Shown: positions 1 through 9,810, counted from the stretch's first letter. The stretch is DNA of 64,000 nt from an uncultured Gemmatimonadales bacterium (GCA_963851265.1 CAWKNZ010000012.1:32001-96000); one strand, 5' to 3'. Notes: generated by a model from the sequence alone, not told the origin. Translations and numbers: made by a program.

Positions 1-1187
1 CGGCCGTCCGCCTCGTACGCCGCGAGCTCGACCGGCGACCCCGGCGGCGCGTACTTGTTCGCGTTCTCGACCAGATTCCCCAGCACGCGCAGCGTCGCCA
101 CGAAATCGAACGTTCCCGCGAGCGGCGGATCGTCGTCGGGCAACTCCACCGCGAGCACGCGCGCCGGGACGGTCTCGTGTCCGGCGCCGAGCACGCCCGC
201 CACGTGCCGCCGCAGGGCGCCGACCACGTCCTCCGCCGTGTTCAGCTCGGGGTGCACCACCACGCCGCCGGCGCGCGCGCGCGAGAGGTCCAGCAGGTCC
301 GTCACCATGCGCGCCAGCCGGTCGGCCTGCTCCTCGACCATGGCCGCGTTCGCGTCGCCGCGGCGCGCACTCTCGTGGGCGAGCGCCTTGATCGTCGTGA
401 GCGGGGTGCGCAGGTCGTGCGACACGGCCGCGAGCAGCTGGTCCTTCATCCGGTCGGCCTCGCGCAGCGCCTCGGCGTGTTCCGCCGCGGCCACGAGGCG
501 CACGCGCTCGACCGCGAGCGCGGCGTAGTGCGCGAGCGCTTCGAGGAACGCCGCCCGCGACGCGTCGAGTCGGATGCCGCCCGGCCGCGCGAGGCGCAGC
601 GTGCCCACCGGCCGCCCCGAGATCCGCAGTGGCACGACCGTGTCGTCGGGCGCGCGGTCCGCGGCAGTGCCTAACGTGGCGAGCGGGGCGCCCGCCGCGT
701 CGTAGATCGCGCAGCCGTCGAGCGCGAGCGTGCGCGCGAGCACCGCGGCCACCGCGCCGACCGCCGCCTCGGCCCGCCCGGCGCTCAACGCCTCGGCCCC
801 CACGGCGGCCAGCTCGCCCACCTCGCTCGCCCGCCGCCGAGCCGCCAGCGCTTCGCGGCGCGCGGCCTCCAGCAGCTGCGTGGCGACGCCGGCCGTGACG
901 AAGAACGCCACGAGCACCACCCAGTCGAGCGGCTTCGCGACGGTCAGCGTGTCGAACGGCGGCTGGAAGAAGTAGTCGACCAGCGCCGCCGCCTCGGCCG
1001 CGAGCACGAGGCCGAGCGCGCGCCCCTCGGTCGCGCTGCCCGCGAGGACCACGAGCAGCAGCGGCAGCACCACGTGCACCTGGTCGATGTGCCCGCGGCG
1101 CACGGTGAGCGCGACCGACATGATCGCCGGCACGCTCGTCCACCCCGCCCAGATGCCGAGCCGCCGCGCGGCGCGGCCGGGCCGCAC
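1..1187 (-). CDS. KdpD-like membrane sensor histidine kinase (DUF4118 TM domain, GAF-like region, HisKA, HATPase); 3' end runs off the window
   Basis: Manual translation of the minus strand from GTG 1187: TM segment with VDYFFQPPFDTLTVAKPLDWVVLVAFFV (DUF4118-like), H-box LLAAVSHDLRTPLTTIKA, N-box RVLGNLVENANKYAP. Starts immediately after the response regulator stop. Absent from the ORF track because it is open-ended. Confidence 0.85.
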   Translation of the reverse strand, partial: MRPGRAARRLGIWAGWTSVPAIMSVALTVRRGHIDQVHVVLPLLLVVLAGSATEGRALGLVLAAEAAALVDYFFQPPFDTLTVAKPLDWVVLVAFFVTAGVATQLLEAARREALAARRRASEVGELAAVGAEALSAGRAEAAVGAVAAVLARTLALDGCAIYDAAGAPLATLGTAADRAPDDTVVPLRISGRPVGTLRLARPGGIRLDASRAAFLEALAHYAALAVERVRLVAAAEHAEALREADRMKDQLLAAVSHDLRTPLTTIKALAHESARRGDANAAMVEEQADRLARMVTDLLDLSRARAGGVVVHPELNTAEDVVGALRRHVAGVLGAGHETVPARVLAVELPDDDPPLAGTFDFVATLRVLGNLVENANKYAPPGSPVELAAYEADG

Positions 1188-1188
1188 G

Positions 1189-1971
1189 CTACGCGGACCG
1201 CGGCGGTTCGAACCGGTAGCCCACGCCGGGCTCGGTCACGATCAGCTCGGGCGACGACGGCACCCGCTCGATCTTGCGCCGCAGGTTGGTCACGTGCACG
1301 CGCAGGTACTGCGCGGCGTTCCCGAACTGCCGCGCCCACACGGCGTCGAAGATCTGCTTGTGCGTCAGCGTGCGCCCGGCTTCCGCGGCGAGCGTGCGGA
1401 GGATCCCCCACTCGATGGGCGTGAGCCCCAGCGATTGCCCGCCGCGCGTGGCCACGCGCCGGTGGAAGTCGATCACGAGGTCGCCCACGCGCAGCGGCGT
1501 GAGTTCGCTCGCGCCCGCGGCGCGCATGTTGGCCCGGCGCAGCTGCGCGCGCACGCGGGCCGCGAGTTCGCCCGGGCCGAACGGCTTCGTGAGGTAGTCG
1601 TCCGCGCCGGCGTCGAGCAATCGGATCTTCTCCTGCTCGGAATGCCGGGCCGACAACACGAGAACCGGGGCGGGCGACCAGCTCCGCAGCTCGCGGCACA
1701 CCGTGATGCCGTCCATGTCGGGGAGCCCGAGGTCGAGCACGACGAGGTCGGGCCCGCGCGCCGCGGCGGTGTCGAGCGCGTCGCGGCCGGTGGCCGCCTC
1801 GAACACCGTCGCGCCGAGCTCCTCGAGCACGTGGCGCACGGCGTGGCGGATCTGCGGCTCGTCGTCGACGACCAGCACGGTCGGCGGAACCGGCACCGCG
1901 CCGGCGGGGCTGGCGGCCGCGACGGCCGCCGACACGGGACCCGAGGAAGCGAGGAGCGACGAATCGGTCAC
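1189..1971 (-). CDS. kdpE: KdpE-like OmpR-family response regulator
   Basis: VLVVDDEPQIR, DLVVLDLGLPDMDG, GADDYLTKPFG, YLRVHVTNLRRKIE..P.LIVTEPGVGYRF. Start GTG 1971 is a guess; the upstream part of ORF 1189..2364 is probably non-coding. Confidence 0.9.
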   Translation of the reverse strand: MTDSSLLASSGPVSAAVAAASPAGAVPVPPTVLVVDDEPQIRHAVRHVLEELGATVFEAATGRDALDTAAARGPDLVVLDLGLPDMDGITVCRELRSWSPAPVLVLSARHSEQEKIRLLDAGADDYLTKPFGPGELAARVRAQLRRANMRAAGASELTPLRVGDLVIDFHRRVATRGGQSLGLTPIEWGILRTLAAEAGRTLTHKQIFDAVWARQFGNAAQYLRVHVTNLRRKIERVPSSPELIVTEPGVGYRFEPPRSA

Positions 1972-2078
1972 GGCGTCAGGGGCAAGAGGACACGCAGGAA
2001 TCTGGCGATCCGAAGGGCAGGTGCCAGTCCCGGCGCCCGCAAGGTTCCCAAGCGGGCGCCGCCGTCCGTGACGAAACG

Positions 2079-2162
2079 CGTGCGGGGTGCCGCTCCCGTG
2101 TTGGAGCGGCACCCCGCACGGCACCCGTGCAACGCGGCGCGTGTCGCGCGCCGCGTTGCACG
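2079..2162 (-). terminator. Two adjacent perfect stem-loops (18-bp and 16-bp stems) downstream of the lipoprotein gene; probable terminator or RNA-stability element
   Basis: cgtgcggggtgccgctcc (2079-2096) / ggagcggcaccccgcacg (2103-2120); cgtgcaacgcggcgcg (2126-2141) / cgcgccgcgttgcacg (2147-2162). Confidence 0.6.
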
Positions 2163-2170
2163 CGCCGGGG

Positions 2171-2599
2171 TCACGGCGTGCGCGTGCCGCCCGAACCGCC
2201 CGAGCCCGAGCCGGCCGTCCCGGCACCTGCCGCCCCGGATCCGCCCGTACCGCCCGCGCCGCTCGTCCCGGCGGTGCCGCCCGTGCCGCCGCTCGTCGCG
2301 CCAGCGCCCATGCCCGCTCCGGCGCCGCTCGTCCCGGCGCCCGCTGCCCCGGCCCCGGCCGCACCCGCGCCGGTCGAGCCCGACATGCCGGCGCCGCCGT
2401 TCATGCCGCGCATGCTCGTATCAGCGCCGGCACCGCCGGCGGCACCGCCCGCCGCACCCGTGCTGCTGGAGCTGCTCGCGCCGCCGGCCGAGCCGCCCAT
2501 CGCGGCGCTGTCGCCGGCGGCGCCCTTGTTCCCGCCGCAGGCAGCGGCCGCGACGACCGCGGCGCCCAGGGCGAATGTCGTGAGATAGCGCTTGGTCAT
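2171..2599 (-). CDS. Gly/Ala/Ser-rich low-complexity lipoprotein
   Basis: Signal peptide MTKRYLTTFALGAAVVAAAA-C (lipobox-like) followed by a G/A/S/T-rich tail; GGAGA RBS upstream. Confidence 0.75.
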   Translation of the reverse strand: MTKRYLTTFALGAAVVAAAACGGNKGAAGDSAAMGGSAGGASSSSSTGAAGGAAGGAGADTSMRGMNGGAGMSGSTGAGAAGAGAAGAGTSGAGAGMGAGATSGGTGGTAGTSGAGGTGGSGAAGAGTAGSGSGGSGGTRTP

Positions 2600-2636
2600 C
2601 TGTGGATCTCCACGTGGTGAGGGGTGGTAATCGTCG

Positions 2637-3653
2637 TCAATCGCGCCCGTGCCCGCGACCGCGGGCGGCGAGTGCGACGCCGACGCCGAGCGCCGCGGCG
2701 CCGAGCACCGTGACGAACGGGTTGAGCGCGGCCGCCGTGAACGCGCTCGACTGCATGACGTGCCCGGAATACCGGCCGCGCTCGCGGCCGCTGCCGCTGC
2801 GCGGCGCGTAGAGCGTGGCGTCGTCGCGGGCCGGGCGGTCGGTCTGCTGGCCGCTGAACGCGGTCGCCCGCTTCATCCGGTCGACGATCCGCGGCGCGAA
2901 CGTCTCGAGGGTGGTGTAGAGCTTGGCGCTGCCGCCGACCTTGATGTCGCGGTAGGGCACCTCTGCCGCCGCCAGGATCGCGCGCGCGACGACCATCGGC
3001 GCGTACACCGGCGCCTGGTGCGTCGGCTCGACGCCCATCTGGTTGCCCGCGTGCTGCGGGTACGGCGTGTCGACGGCGGCCGGCTTCACGAGTGTGACCG
3101 AGACGGGCACGCCGTCGTGCTCCAACTCCACGCGCAGCGCGTCGGTGAAGCCCTTGACCGCGTGCTTGCTCGCCGAGTAGTGCCCCTGCAACGGCATCGC
3201 CGTGTCGGAGAGCACCGAGCCGACGTTGATGAGCGCGCCGCCACCACGGCGTTTGAGGTACGGCACCGCGACGAGCGAGCCGTGCACGACTCCCCAATAG
3301 TTGGTCTCGAACAGGCGCCGCGCGTCGGCCAGCGGCACGTCGCCCACACGCCCGTAGATCGAGACGCCGGCGTTGTTCACCCAGGTGTCGATGCCCCCGA
3401 ACGCGGCCGCCGCGCGCTCCGCGACCGCGGCCACGGCGTCGAAATCCGCGACGTCGGCGACGACGTACTCGGCGCGCCCGCCCTCGGCCCGGATGGCGTC
3501 GACCGCGACCGACAGATCGTCCTCGTCGCGCGACGCGAGCACGACCTTCGCGCCGCGCCGTGCCGCCTCGCGCGCCGTTACCAGCCCGATGCCGCTCGAT
3601 GCGCCGGTGATCACGATGACCTGCTGGCCCAACTGCTTGAGCGTCACGCCCAT
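2637..3653 (-). CDS. Short-chain dehydrogenase/reductase (SDR)
   Basis: VITGASSGIG, WVNNAG, YSASK catalytic motif; C-terminal hydrophobic tail. Confidence 0.93.
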   Translation of the reverse strand: MGVTLKQLGQQVIVITGASSGIGLVTAREAARRGAKVVLASRDEDDLSVAVDAIRAEGGRAEYVVADVADFDAVAAVAERAAAAFGGIDTWVNNAGVSIYGRVGDVPLADARRLFETNYWGVVHGSLVAVPYLKRRGGGALINVGSVLSDTAMPLQGHYSASKHAVKGFTDALRVELEHDGVPVSVTLVKPAAVDTPYPQHAGNQMGVEPTHQAPVYAPMVVARAILAAAEVPYRDIKVGGSAKLYTTLETFAPRIVDRMKRATAFSGQQTDRPARDDATLYAPRSGSGRERGRYSGHVMQSSAFTAAALNPFVTVLGAAALGVGVALAARGRGHGRD

Positions 3654-3870
3654 GCCGGATCTACATGTAGAGCCTGCCGCCGACCCGTCATCATCCTCCG
3701 CCGCACCCGATCACGTTCTACTCGACTGTGGAGCGTTCGTGCTCCCACACGCCGGCTCCGAGCAATGCGCGTACCGCGATGTCGATCGGTGCCAAATTAT
3801 CGGCGGGCTCCGCCACAGGCTCCGTCCAACGTCTTCGTTACCGGGCGCTTCCGTCCTTCACCGCCGCCGC

Positions 3871-5358
3871 ATGTCCCGCAATCCCGCCGAGTCCGCGCTC
3901 CTCACCGACCTCTACCAGCTCACGATGGCGCTCGGCTACTGGCGCGCGGGGCGCGAAGCGCGCGAGGCGGCGTTCCACCTCTACTTCCGCACGGCCCCGT
4001 TCGGCGGCGGATACACGGTCGCCTGCGGGCTCGATGCCGCCGCCGACTACCTCGACGGCTTCCGCTTCGCGTCCGACGAGCTCACCTACCTCGGCACGCT
4101 CGAGGACGCCGACGGCCGCCCGCTCTTCCCCGCCGCCTTCCTCGACCACCTCGGCGCGGTCCGCCTCGCGCTCGACGTCGACATGGTCGCCGAGGGCGCG
4201 GTCGTGTTCGCCAACGAGCCGCTCGTGCGCGTGCGCGGCCCCATCCTCCACGCCCAGCTCGTCGAGACCGCGCTGCTCGCGCACGTCGGGTTTTCGACGC
4301 TGGTCGCGACAAAGGGCGCGCGCGTCGCGCTCGCCGCCGGCGGCGACGAGGTGCTCGAGTTCGGGCTGCGCCGCGCCCAGGGCCCCGACGGCGGCCTCGC
4401 GGCCAGCCGCGCCGCGTACGTCGGCGGGTGCGGCGCCACGAGCAACGTGCTCGCGGGCATGAAGTTCGGCATCCCCGTGCGCGGAACCCACGCCCACAGC
4501 TGGGTGATGAGCTTCGACAGCGAGGCCGAAAGCTTCGCCGCCTACGCCGACGCGCTCCCCGGCAACTGCGTCTTCCTCGTCGACACGTACGACACGCTCG
4601 AAGGCGTACGCCACGCGGTCGAGGCGGGCCGCGCCCTCCGCGCCCGCGGCCACCAGCTGTTAGGCATCCGCCTCGACTCCGGCGACCTCGCCTACCTGAG
4701 CCGGGCCGCGCGCCGCCTGCTCGACGACGCCGGCTTCGCCGACGCGCGCATCCTCGCCTCCAACGACCTCGACGAGCACCTGATCGAGAGCCTCAAGCGC
4801 CAGGGCGCCGCGATCGCCGTGTGGGGCGTCGGCACGCGCCTCGTCACGGCCTACGACCACCCCGCGCTCGGCTGCGTCTACAAGCTCACCGCGATGCGGG
4901 ACGCCGACGGCGCATGGCAGCCGCGCGTGAAGGTGAGCGAGCAGACGGCGAAGACGACCACGCCCGGCGTCCTCCAGGTGCGGCGCTACCGCGACGGCGC
5001 GTCGCCCGGTGGGGCGTCCTTTACCGGCGACATGCTCTACGACGAACTCGGCCCGCCCGCACCGGGCGCGGCGACGATGGTCGACCCGCTCGACCCGACG
5101 CGCCGCAAGCGCTTCGCGGCCGACGCACCGTACGACGAGTTGCTCCAGCCGGTGTTCGCGCGGGGCGTGCGCGTGCGCGACGCGGTGCCGCTCGCGGCGG
5201 CGCGCGAGCGGGCGCGGGGCGAGCTCGCGGCGTTGCCGGAGGGGACCACCCGGCTCGCCAACCCGCACCGCTACCCGGTCGGGCTGGAGCGCGGGCTGTA
5301 CGAGCGCAAGACGGCGCTGGTGCTCGCGGCGCGCGGCGTGGACGCGCCGGCAGGCTGA
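3871..5358 (+). CDS. pncB: Nicotinate phosphoribosyltransferase
   Basis: LLTDLYQLTM, LEFGLRRAQG, GTHAHSWVM, LVDTYDT, GIRLDSGDL, ASNDLDE, VYKL. Confidence 0.95.
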   Translation: MSRNPAESALLTDLYQLTMALGYWRAGREAREAAFHLYFRTAPFGGGYTVACGLDAAADYLDGFRFASDELTYLGTLEDADGRPLFPAAFLDHLGAVRLALDVDMVAEGAVVFANEPLVRVRGPILHAQLVETALLAHVGFSTLVATKGARVALAAGGDEVLEFGLRRAQGPDGGLAASRAAYVGGCGATSNVLAGMKFGIPVRGTHAHSWVMSFDSEAESFAAYADALPGNCVFLVDTYDTLEGVRHAVEAGRALRARGHQLLGIRLDSGDLAYLSRAARRLLDDAGFADARILASNDLDEHLIESLKRQGAAIAVWGVGTRLVTAYDHPALGCVYKLTAMRDADGAWQPRVKVSEQTAKTTTPGVLQVRRYRDGASPGGASFTGDMLYDELGPPAPGAATMVDPLDPTRRKRFAADAPYDELLQPVFARGVRVRDAVPLAAARERARGELAALPEGTTRLANPHRYPVGLERGLYERKTALVLAARGVDAPAG

Positions 5359-5382
5359 GTGCCGCGCGCTGACGGCCGCGCG

Positions 5383-5565
5383 CTACGCCGCCGGCGCGCG
5401 CCACACGAGCCGCGCCGCCCAGGCGCTGAACGCGGCCGCGAGGAGCGTGATCACCACGTACGCCGGGTCCGACGCCAGGCGCGGCGACTCGGCGACGACG
5501 CGCCACACGTGCACGACCACGAGCAGGCCGAAGATGAGACCGGTCGTCATCACGTACGCCTTCAT
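5383..5565 (-). CDS. Small two-TM membrane protein
   Basis: 60 aa with two hydrophobic helices; ATG with upstream GGAG RBS. Confidence 0.65.
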   Translation of the reverse strand: MKAYVMTTGLIFGLLVVVHVWRVVAESPRLASDPAYVVITLLAAAFSAWAARLVWRAPAA

Positions 5566-5662
5566 GGGCAGTCTCCGGGGAGGGGAAATGGCGAGGGGGC
5601 GGGCCGGCGCGGCGGCAGGCGCGGCCCGGACCGGCGAATGTAGGGCGCGCCGCGCGGCCCGC

Positions 5663-6742
5663 TCACACGCCGCGCAGCCGCACCACCGCCCCCTCGCGCG
5701 CCGACCGCAGCGCAGCCTCGATCACCTCGAGCCCGGCGGCCGCGTCGTCCACCGACACCGGCGGCGGGGCCCCGTCCCGGATCGCATCGCGTACCCCGGC
5801 GTAGAACTCGCCGTACGCCCCGGCCTCCGTCCGCACCGCGCGCACGACGTCCCCCGCGCCGAGCGTCCCCCACGCCGTGTCGGGCTCCTCGCCCCACCCC
5901 GCGCCGCCCGGCCGGCCGCCGCGCGCGAGCGCGTCCTCCTGCGGATCGAGCCCGAATTTGACGTACGCCCCGCGGCTGCCTAACACGCGGAACCGCGCCC
6001 CCGGCTGCCCCGCGAGCGCGCTCGCCATGAGGTGCGACCGCACCCCCGACGCGTGCGTGAGCGCGACGAACACGTCGTCGTCCACCGCCGCACCCTCCGC
6101 CCCGCCCGGCCGCCGCCGGTCCCGCTCGGCGTACACCTCGCGCGCCGCCCCGAAGAGCACGATCGCCTGGTCGACGAGGTGCGTGCCGAGGTCGAAGAGC
6201 AGACCCGTCGCGGCCCCCTCGCCCCCCACCTCCTTCCACCCCGCGCGCGGCACCGGCCGCCACCGGTCGAAGCGCGACTCCAGGCGGTGCACGTCGCCTA
6301 ACGCGCCCGCCGCGACGAGCGCGCGCACCGTGCGGAAGTCGCCGTCCCACCGCCGGTTGTGGAACGGCACCAGCACCACCCCGCGCGCCCGCGCCTCCGC
6401 CCCGAGCAGCCGCGCCTCGCCCGCCGTCGGCGCCAGCGGCTTGTCGATCACCGCGTGCCTCCCCGCCGCGACCGCCGCCCGGGCCAGCGGCACGTGCGTC
6501 GCGTTCGGCGTCGTCACCACGACGAGGTCGACCGGCGCGAGCCCCTCGCTCCCGTCCCACAGCGCCTCGGGCCGTGCGACCACGCGCACGCCGGGGTACG
6601 CGGCCTCCGCCTTCGCGCGCCGCTCGGCGTCGCGGGTGACCACCGCCGTCAGCTGCATGCCCGGCGTGGCCGCGACGAGCGGCGCGTGAAAGACCGACCC
6701 GCCGAGGCCGAAGCCGACCACGCCGACGCGCAGGGTGTTCAT
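5663..6742 (-). CDS. Gfo/Idh/MocA family oxidoreductase (YdgJ/IolW-like)
   Basis: RVGVVGFGLGGSVFHAP, TPNATH, VIDKP, PFHNRRWDGDF, LFDLGTHLVDQA; ATG overlaps the upstream stop (ATGA). Confidence 0.92.
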   Translation of the reverse strand: MNTLRVGVVGFGLGGSVFHAPLVAATPGMQLTAVVTRDAERRAKAEAAYPGVRVVARPEALWDGSEGLAPVDLVVVTTPNATHVPLARAAVAAGRHAVIDKPLAPTAGEARLLGAEARARGVVLVPFHNRRWDGDFRTVRALVAAGALGDVHRLESRFDRWRPVPRAGWKEVGGEGAATGLLFDLGTHLVDQAIVLFGAAREVYAERDRRRPGGAEGAAVDDDVFVALTHASGVRSHLMASALAGQPGARFRVLGSRGAYVKFGLDPQEDALARGGRPGGAGWGEEPDTAWGTLGAGDVVRAVRTEAGAYGEFYAGVRDAIRDGAPPPVSVDDAAAGLEVIEAALRSAREGAVVRLRGV

Positions 6743-9186
6743 CGTGGAACGGGGTTGGGAACGGGAACATGGCGCGCCGCGTCCGCCGCGCCGTCGGACA
6801 CGATGACCTCGGCCGCGGCGACCTCGGCCGCGGCGACGCGCGCCGCGCGACCACGCGCGTCGGCCAGCCGGGCGGCGGCCGCGCGCACGCCCACCGCGTG
6901 CCGCGCGACGCGCACGAGCGCCGCCCACGCGGGCACCTCCGGCACGCGCCGTTCCGCCGTCTCGAGCACGGCACGCGTGACCCCGCCCGAGTTCCCCAGC
7001 AGCGCCGCGAGCGCGGGGGGCAGTGAGGCCGGCGCCCGTTCTTCGCGCACCGCGGCCGCCGCGTCGGCGAGCACCGCGTCCACGTCCGCGCCGAGTGCCG
7101 CGAGGCGGTCGCGGCCGCCCGGAGCCGGGCCGAGCGCCGCGAGCGCCGTCGCGGCGCTGTTCACGCGCCGCACCCGCGCCAGCAGCGCGAGCGTCGCCTC
7201 CGCCCGCGCCCCGCGCCCGCCCGGCTCCGCCATGAAGCGGCCGAGCGCGTCCTCGCCCGCGGTTGCCGCGAGCCCCGCGCGGCGCCGCGCCGCGGCCACC
7301 GACTCGGGCGACGGCACCGCGGTCGCGCCGTCGGCGTCGGCCCCATCGTCCCCCACCGCGCGCGCCGCCCGCCGCGCCGCGAGCGCGGCGTAGGCCCGCG
7401 CCGCCTCGGCCGCCGCGGCCAGCGTCCCCGGCAGCGAACGCGCCTCCCACGTCGGCCACAGCACGAGACTCGCGACCACCGCCACCAGACCGCCCACCAC
7501 GGTGTCGGCCGCGCGCACCCCCGCGAGTGCCCAGTTGCCGGGCGCGGGCTGCGCGATGAGCACGAATACCGGGGTGAGGAAGAACGTGAACACGCCGTAG
7601 TGCACCGCCCGCAATGCCACCGCCGCCGCGGCGAGCGGGAACACCACGGCCGCGATCAGCCGCGGGTCACGCAATGCGGCCGCGAGCACCGCCGCGACCA
7701 CCCCGCCCAACACCGTCCCGAGCACGCGCGCCGTCGACCGCCGGAGCGTCATCCCGGCCGAGGGCTGGAGCACGATGAGCGTGGTGATCGTGAGCCACGG
7801 CCCGCGCGCGATGTGCAGCCCCGCGCCGAGCGCGTGCGCCCCCGCCGCCGCCGTCCCGACCCGGAGCGCGTGGCGCAGCGTCGGCGTGTCGACGTCGCCT
7901 AACGCGCGGCGCCAGCGCGCCAGCCCGCGCAGCCGCCGCGTCGCGGGCGCGGCGCGGCGCTCCCGCCGCCCGCGCGCCACCGCCCGCACCCCCGCCAGCA
8001 GCGTGTCTTCGCCACCGCTCGCGAGCGTCGCCGCCACCTCGGCCGCGCGCTCGACCTCGCCGGCAAGCTGCTCGACGAGTGCGGCCGCGTGCCCCAGGGC
8101 GTCGGACGCCCCGGCCACGACGGCAGCCTCCGCCTCGAGCGCGGCCAGCGCGGGCGGACGGCGCCCCGCCCGCGGCCCGGGCACGATCGCGAGTGCCAGC
8201 TCGTCGAGCGCCGCCGACGCCTGCCCCAGTGCGGCGCCCAGTGCGGCGCCCAGCGCGGCGCCGAGCGCGGCGGCCGCGCCGTTCGGCACGGGCGCGGCGT
8301 CGGCCACCTCCGCCGCTTCCGCGAGCACGAGCAGCGTGCCGAACACGAGGTCGGCGCCGTCGAGCAGCAGGGCGAGATCGTCGCCGCGCGGCGCGGCACC
8401 CAAGCGCCCGCGGCGCGTGGCGAGCAGCACCGAGCGCCCGGCCTCGATCACGGCACGCACCCGCGGGTGCTCGCGTCGGGCGAGCGCGGTGTAGCGGTCG
8501 GCCGCGGGCCCACCACCGCCGACCGCCGCGGCGATCTCGCCGGCGAAGTGCGCGAGTGCGTGGTAGGCGTCGGCCACCCCGTGCCGCGCCGCGCCGTACG
8601 GGCGCACCGGCCATATGGCGAGCGCGAGGAGCATCGTCCACAGCCCGCCGCCCGCGATCATCACCCCGCCGTGGATCGCGGCGTCCGCCTGCGCCGCGGG
8701 GCTCGCGAGCGCGGCCACGAAGGTGGCCGCAACGAGAATGCCGAGCGTCGTTCCCGCGTCGCCGAGCACGCGCAACAGCGCGGTGCCGGCCGCCCAGCAG
8801 AAGACGAGTGTGGCGACGACCAGGACGGCGGCCCACGTCGCGTCCGCCGCACGCAGCGCCACCGCCACCCCCGCGGCCCGCGCCCCCGCGGCGTAGGCGA
8901 CCCCGCCGAGCAGCACGTACGCGCCCATCGTGCGGGCGCGCGTGCGCGTGACGCCGCCGACGTCGGCCATCGCGGCAAACCACCCCCCCACGGCCGCCAG
9001 CACGTACCCGCGGTTGCCGGTCGTGTAGGCGAGCGCCAGCGGTGCGGCCGTGCCCGTGGCCGCGCGGAGGCCCGCGTGCACCGCCGTGAGGGTGACGTCG
9101 CGGCGGAGGCGCGCCGAGACCGCTCGCACCGAAGCACGCAACACCGGAGCGCGCCCCGGCCGGGGCACCCGCACGGGCGACGACAT
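6739..9186 (-). CDS. FUSC/YccS-family inner membrane protein
   Basis: N-terminal TM bundle, then LRHALRVG..WLTITTLIVLQPS..RVLGTVLGG..RAADTVVGG..LWPTWE. Confidence 0.88.
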   Translation of the reverse strand: MSSPVRVPRPGRAPVLRASVRAVSARLRRDVTLTAVHAGLRAATGTAAPLALAYTTGNRGYVLAAVGGWFAAMADVGGVTRTRARTMGAYVLLGGVAYAAGARAAGVAVALRAADATWAAVLVVATLVFCWAAGTALLRVLGDAGTTLGILVAATFVAALASPAAQADAAIHGGVMIAGGGLWTMLLALAIWPVRPYGAARHGVADAYHALAHFAGEIAAAVGGGGPAADRYTALARREHPRVRAVIEAGRSVLLATRRGRLGAAPRGDDLALLLDGADLVFGTLLVLAEAAEVADAAPVPNGAAAALGAALGAALGAALGQASAALDELALAIVPGPRAGRRPPALAALEAEAAVVAGASDALGHAAALVEQLAGEVERAAEVAATLASGGEDTLLAGVRAVARGRRERRAAPATRRLRGLARWRRALGDVDTPTLRHALRVGTAAAGAHALGAGLHIARGPWLTITTLIVLQPSAGMTLRRSTARVLGTVLGGVVAAVLAAALRDPRLIAAVVFPLAAAAVALRAVHYGVFTFFLTPVFVLIAQPAPGNWALAGVRAADTVVGGLVAVVASLVLWPTWEARSLPGTLAAAAEAARAYAALAARRAARAVGDDGADADGATAVPSPESVAAARRRAGLAATAGEDALGRFMAEPGGRGARAEATLALLARVRRVNSAATALAALGPAPGGRDRLAALGADVDAVLADAAAAVREERAPASLPPALAALLGNSGGVTRAVLETAERRVPEVPAWAALVRVARHAVGVRAAAARLADARGRAARVAAAEVAAAEVIVSDGAADAARHVPVPNPVPR

Positions 9187-9201
9187 CGCGCCCGGCTTCC
9201 G

Positions 9202-9810
9202 CTAGTCGGGCCGGACGTCGAGGCCGAGCGCGGCGGCGATCGCGAGCGCCTGCTCGAAGGAGACGATCGCGCCCGAGAGGTCGACGTGCGCGGGTTCGAG
9301 GGCGCTGAGGTCGCTGCCCCGCAGGTCGCAGCGCGCCAGCGTCGCGCCCCGGAGCGCGGCACCCGACAGGTCGGCGTCGCGGATGGCCGCGCCGTCGCAG
9401 CGGGCGCCCGTCAGGTCCGCCTCACGCAGCCGGGTGCCGCGGAACGACGCGGTCCGCAGGTCCGCGCCCGACAGGCCGACGTGCGACCAGTTGCCCCCGA
9501 CCACCTTGAGCAGGTCGTACGTGCAGCGCTTGAACGAGCTCCCCACGAGTTTGCAGTCGGTGAAGCGCGCGTCGAAGAACGCGCAGCTCGCGAACGTGCA
9601 GTTGACGAACGCGGCGTCGGTGTGCGCCGAGCCGTTGAAGCGCGCGTTGCGGAAGGTGCAGTCGGTGAAGACCGCGCCCGCGTTGGTCACGTCGGTCAGG
9701 TCGAGGTCGACGAACGTGACACCGGTGTGCTGCTGCCCCGAGATGTCCTGTCCGTCCCAGTCGGCGCCCTCGACGGTCGTCGTGGGCACCGGCGCGCGGC
9801 GCGAACTCAA
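9202..9810 (-). CDS. Pentapeptide-repeat protein (MfpA/Qnr-like fold)
   Basis: Continuous pentapeptide repeats (AVFTD CTFRN ARFNG; ADLRT ASFRG TRLRE ADLTG); TTG start overlaps the upstream stop, alternative GTG at 9789. Confidence 0.9.
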   Translation of the reverse strand: MSSRRAPVPTTTVEGADWDGQDISGQQHTGVTFVDLDLTDVTNAGAVFTDCTFRNARFNGSAHTDAAFVNCTFASCAFFDARFTDCKLVGSSFKRCTYDLLKVVGGNWSHVGLSGADLRTASFRGTRLREADLTGARCDGAAIRDADLSGAALRGATLARCDLRGSDLSALEPAHVDLSGAIVSFEQALAIAAALGLDVRPD

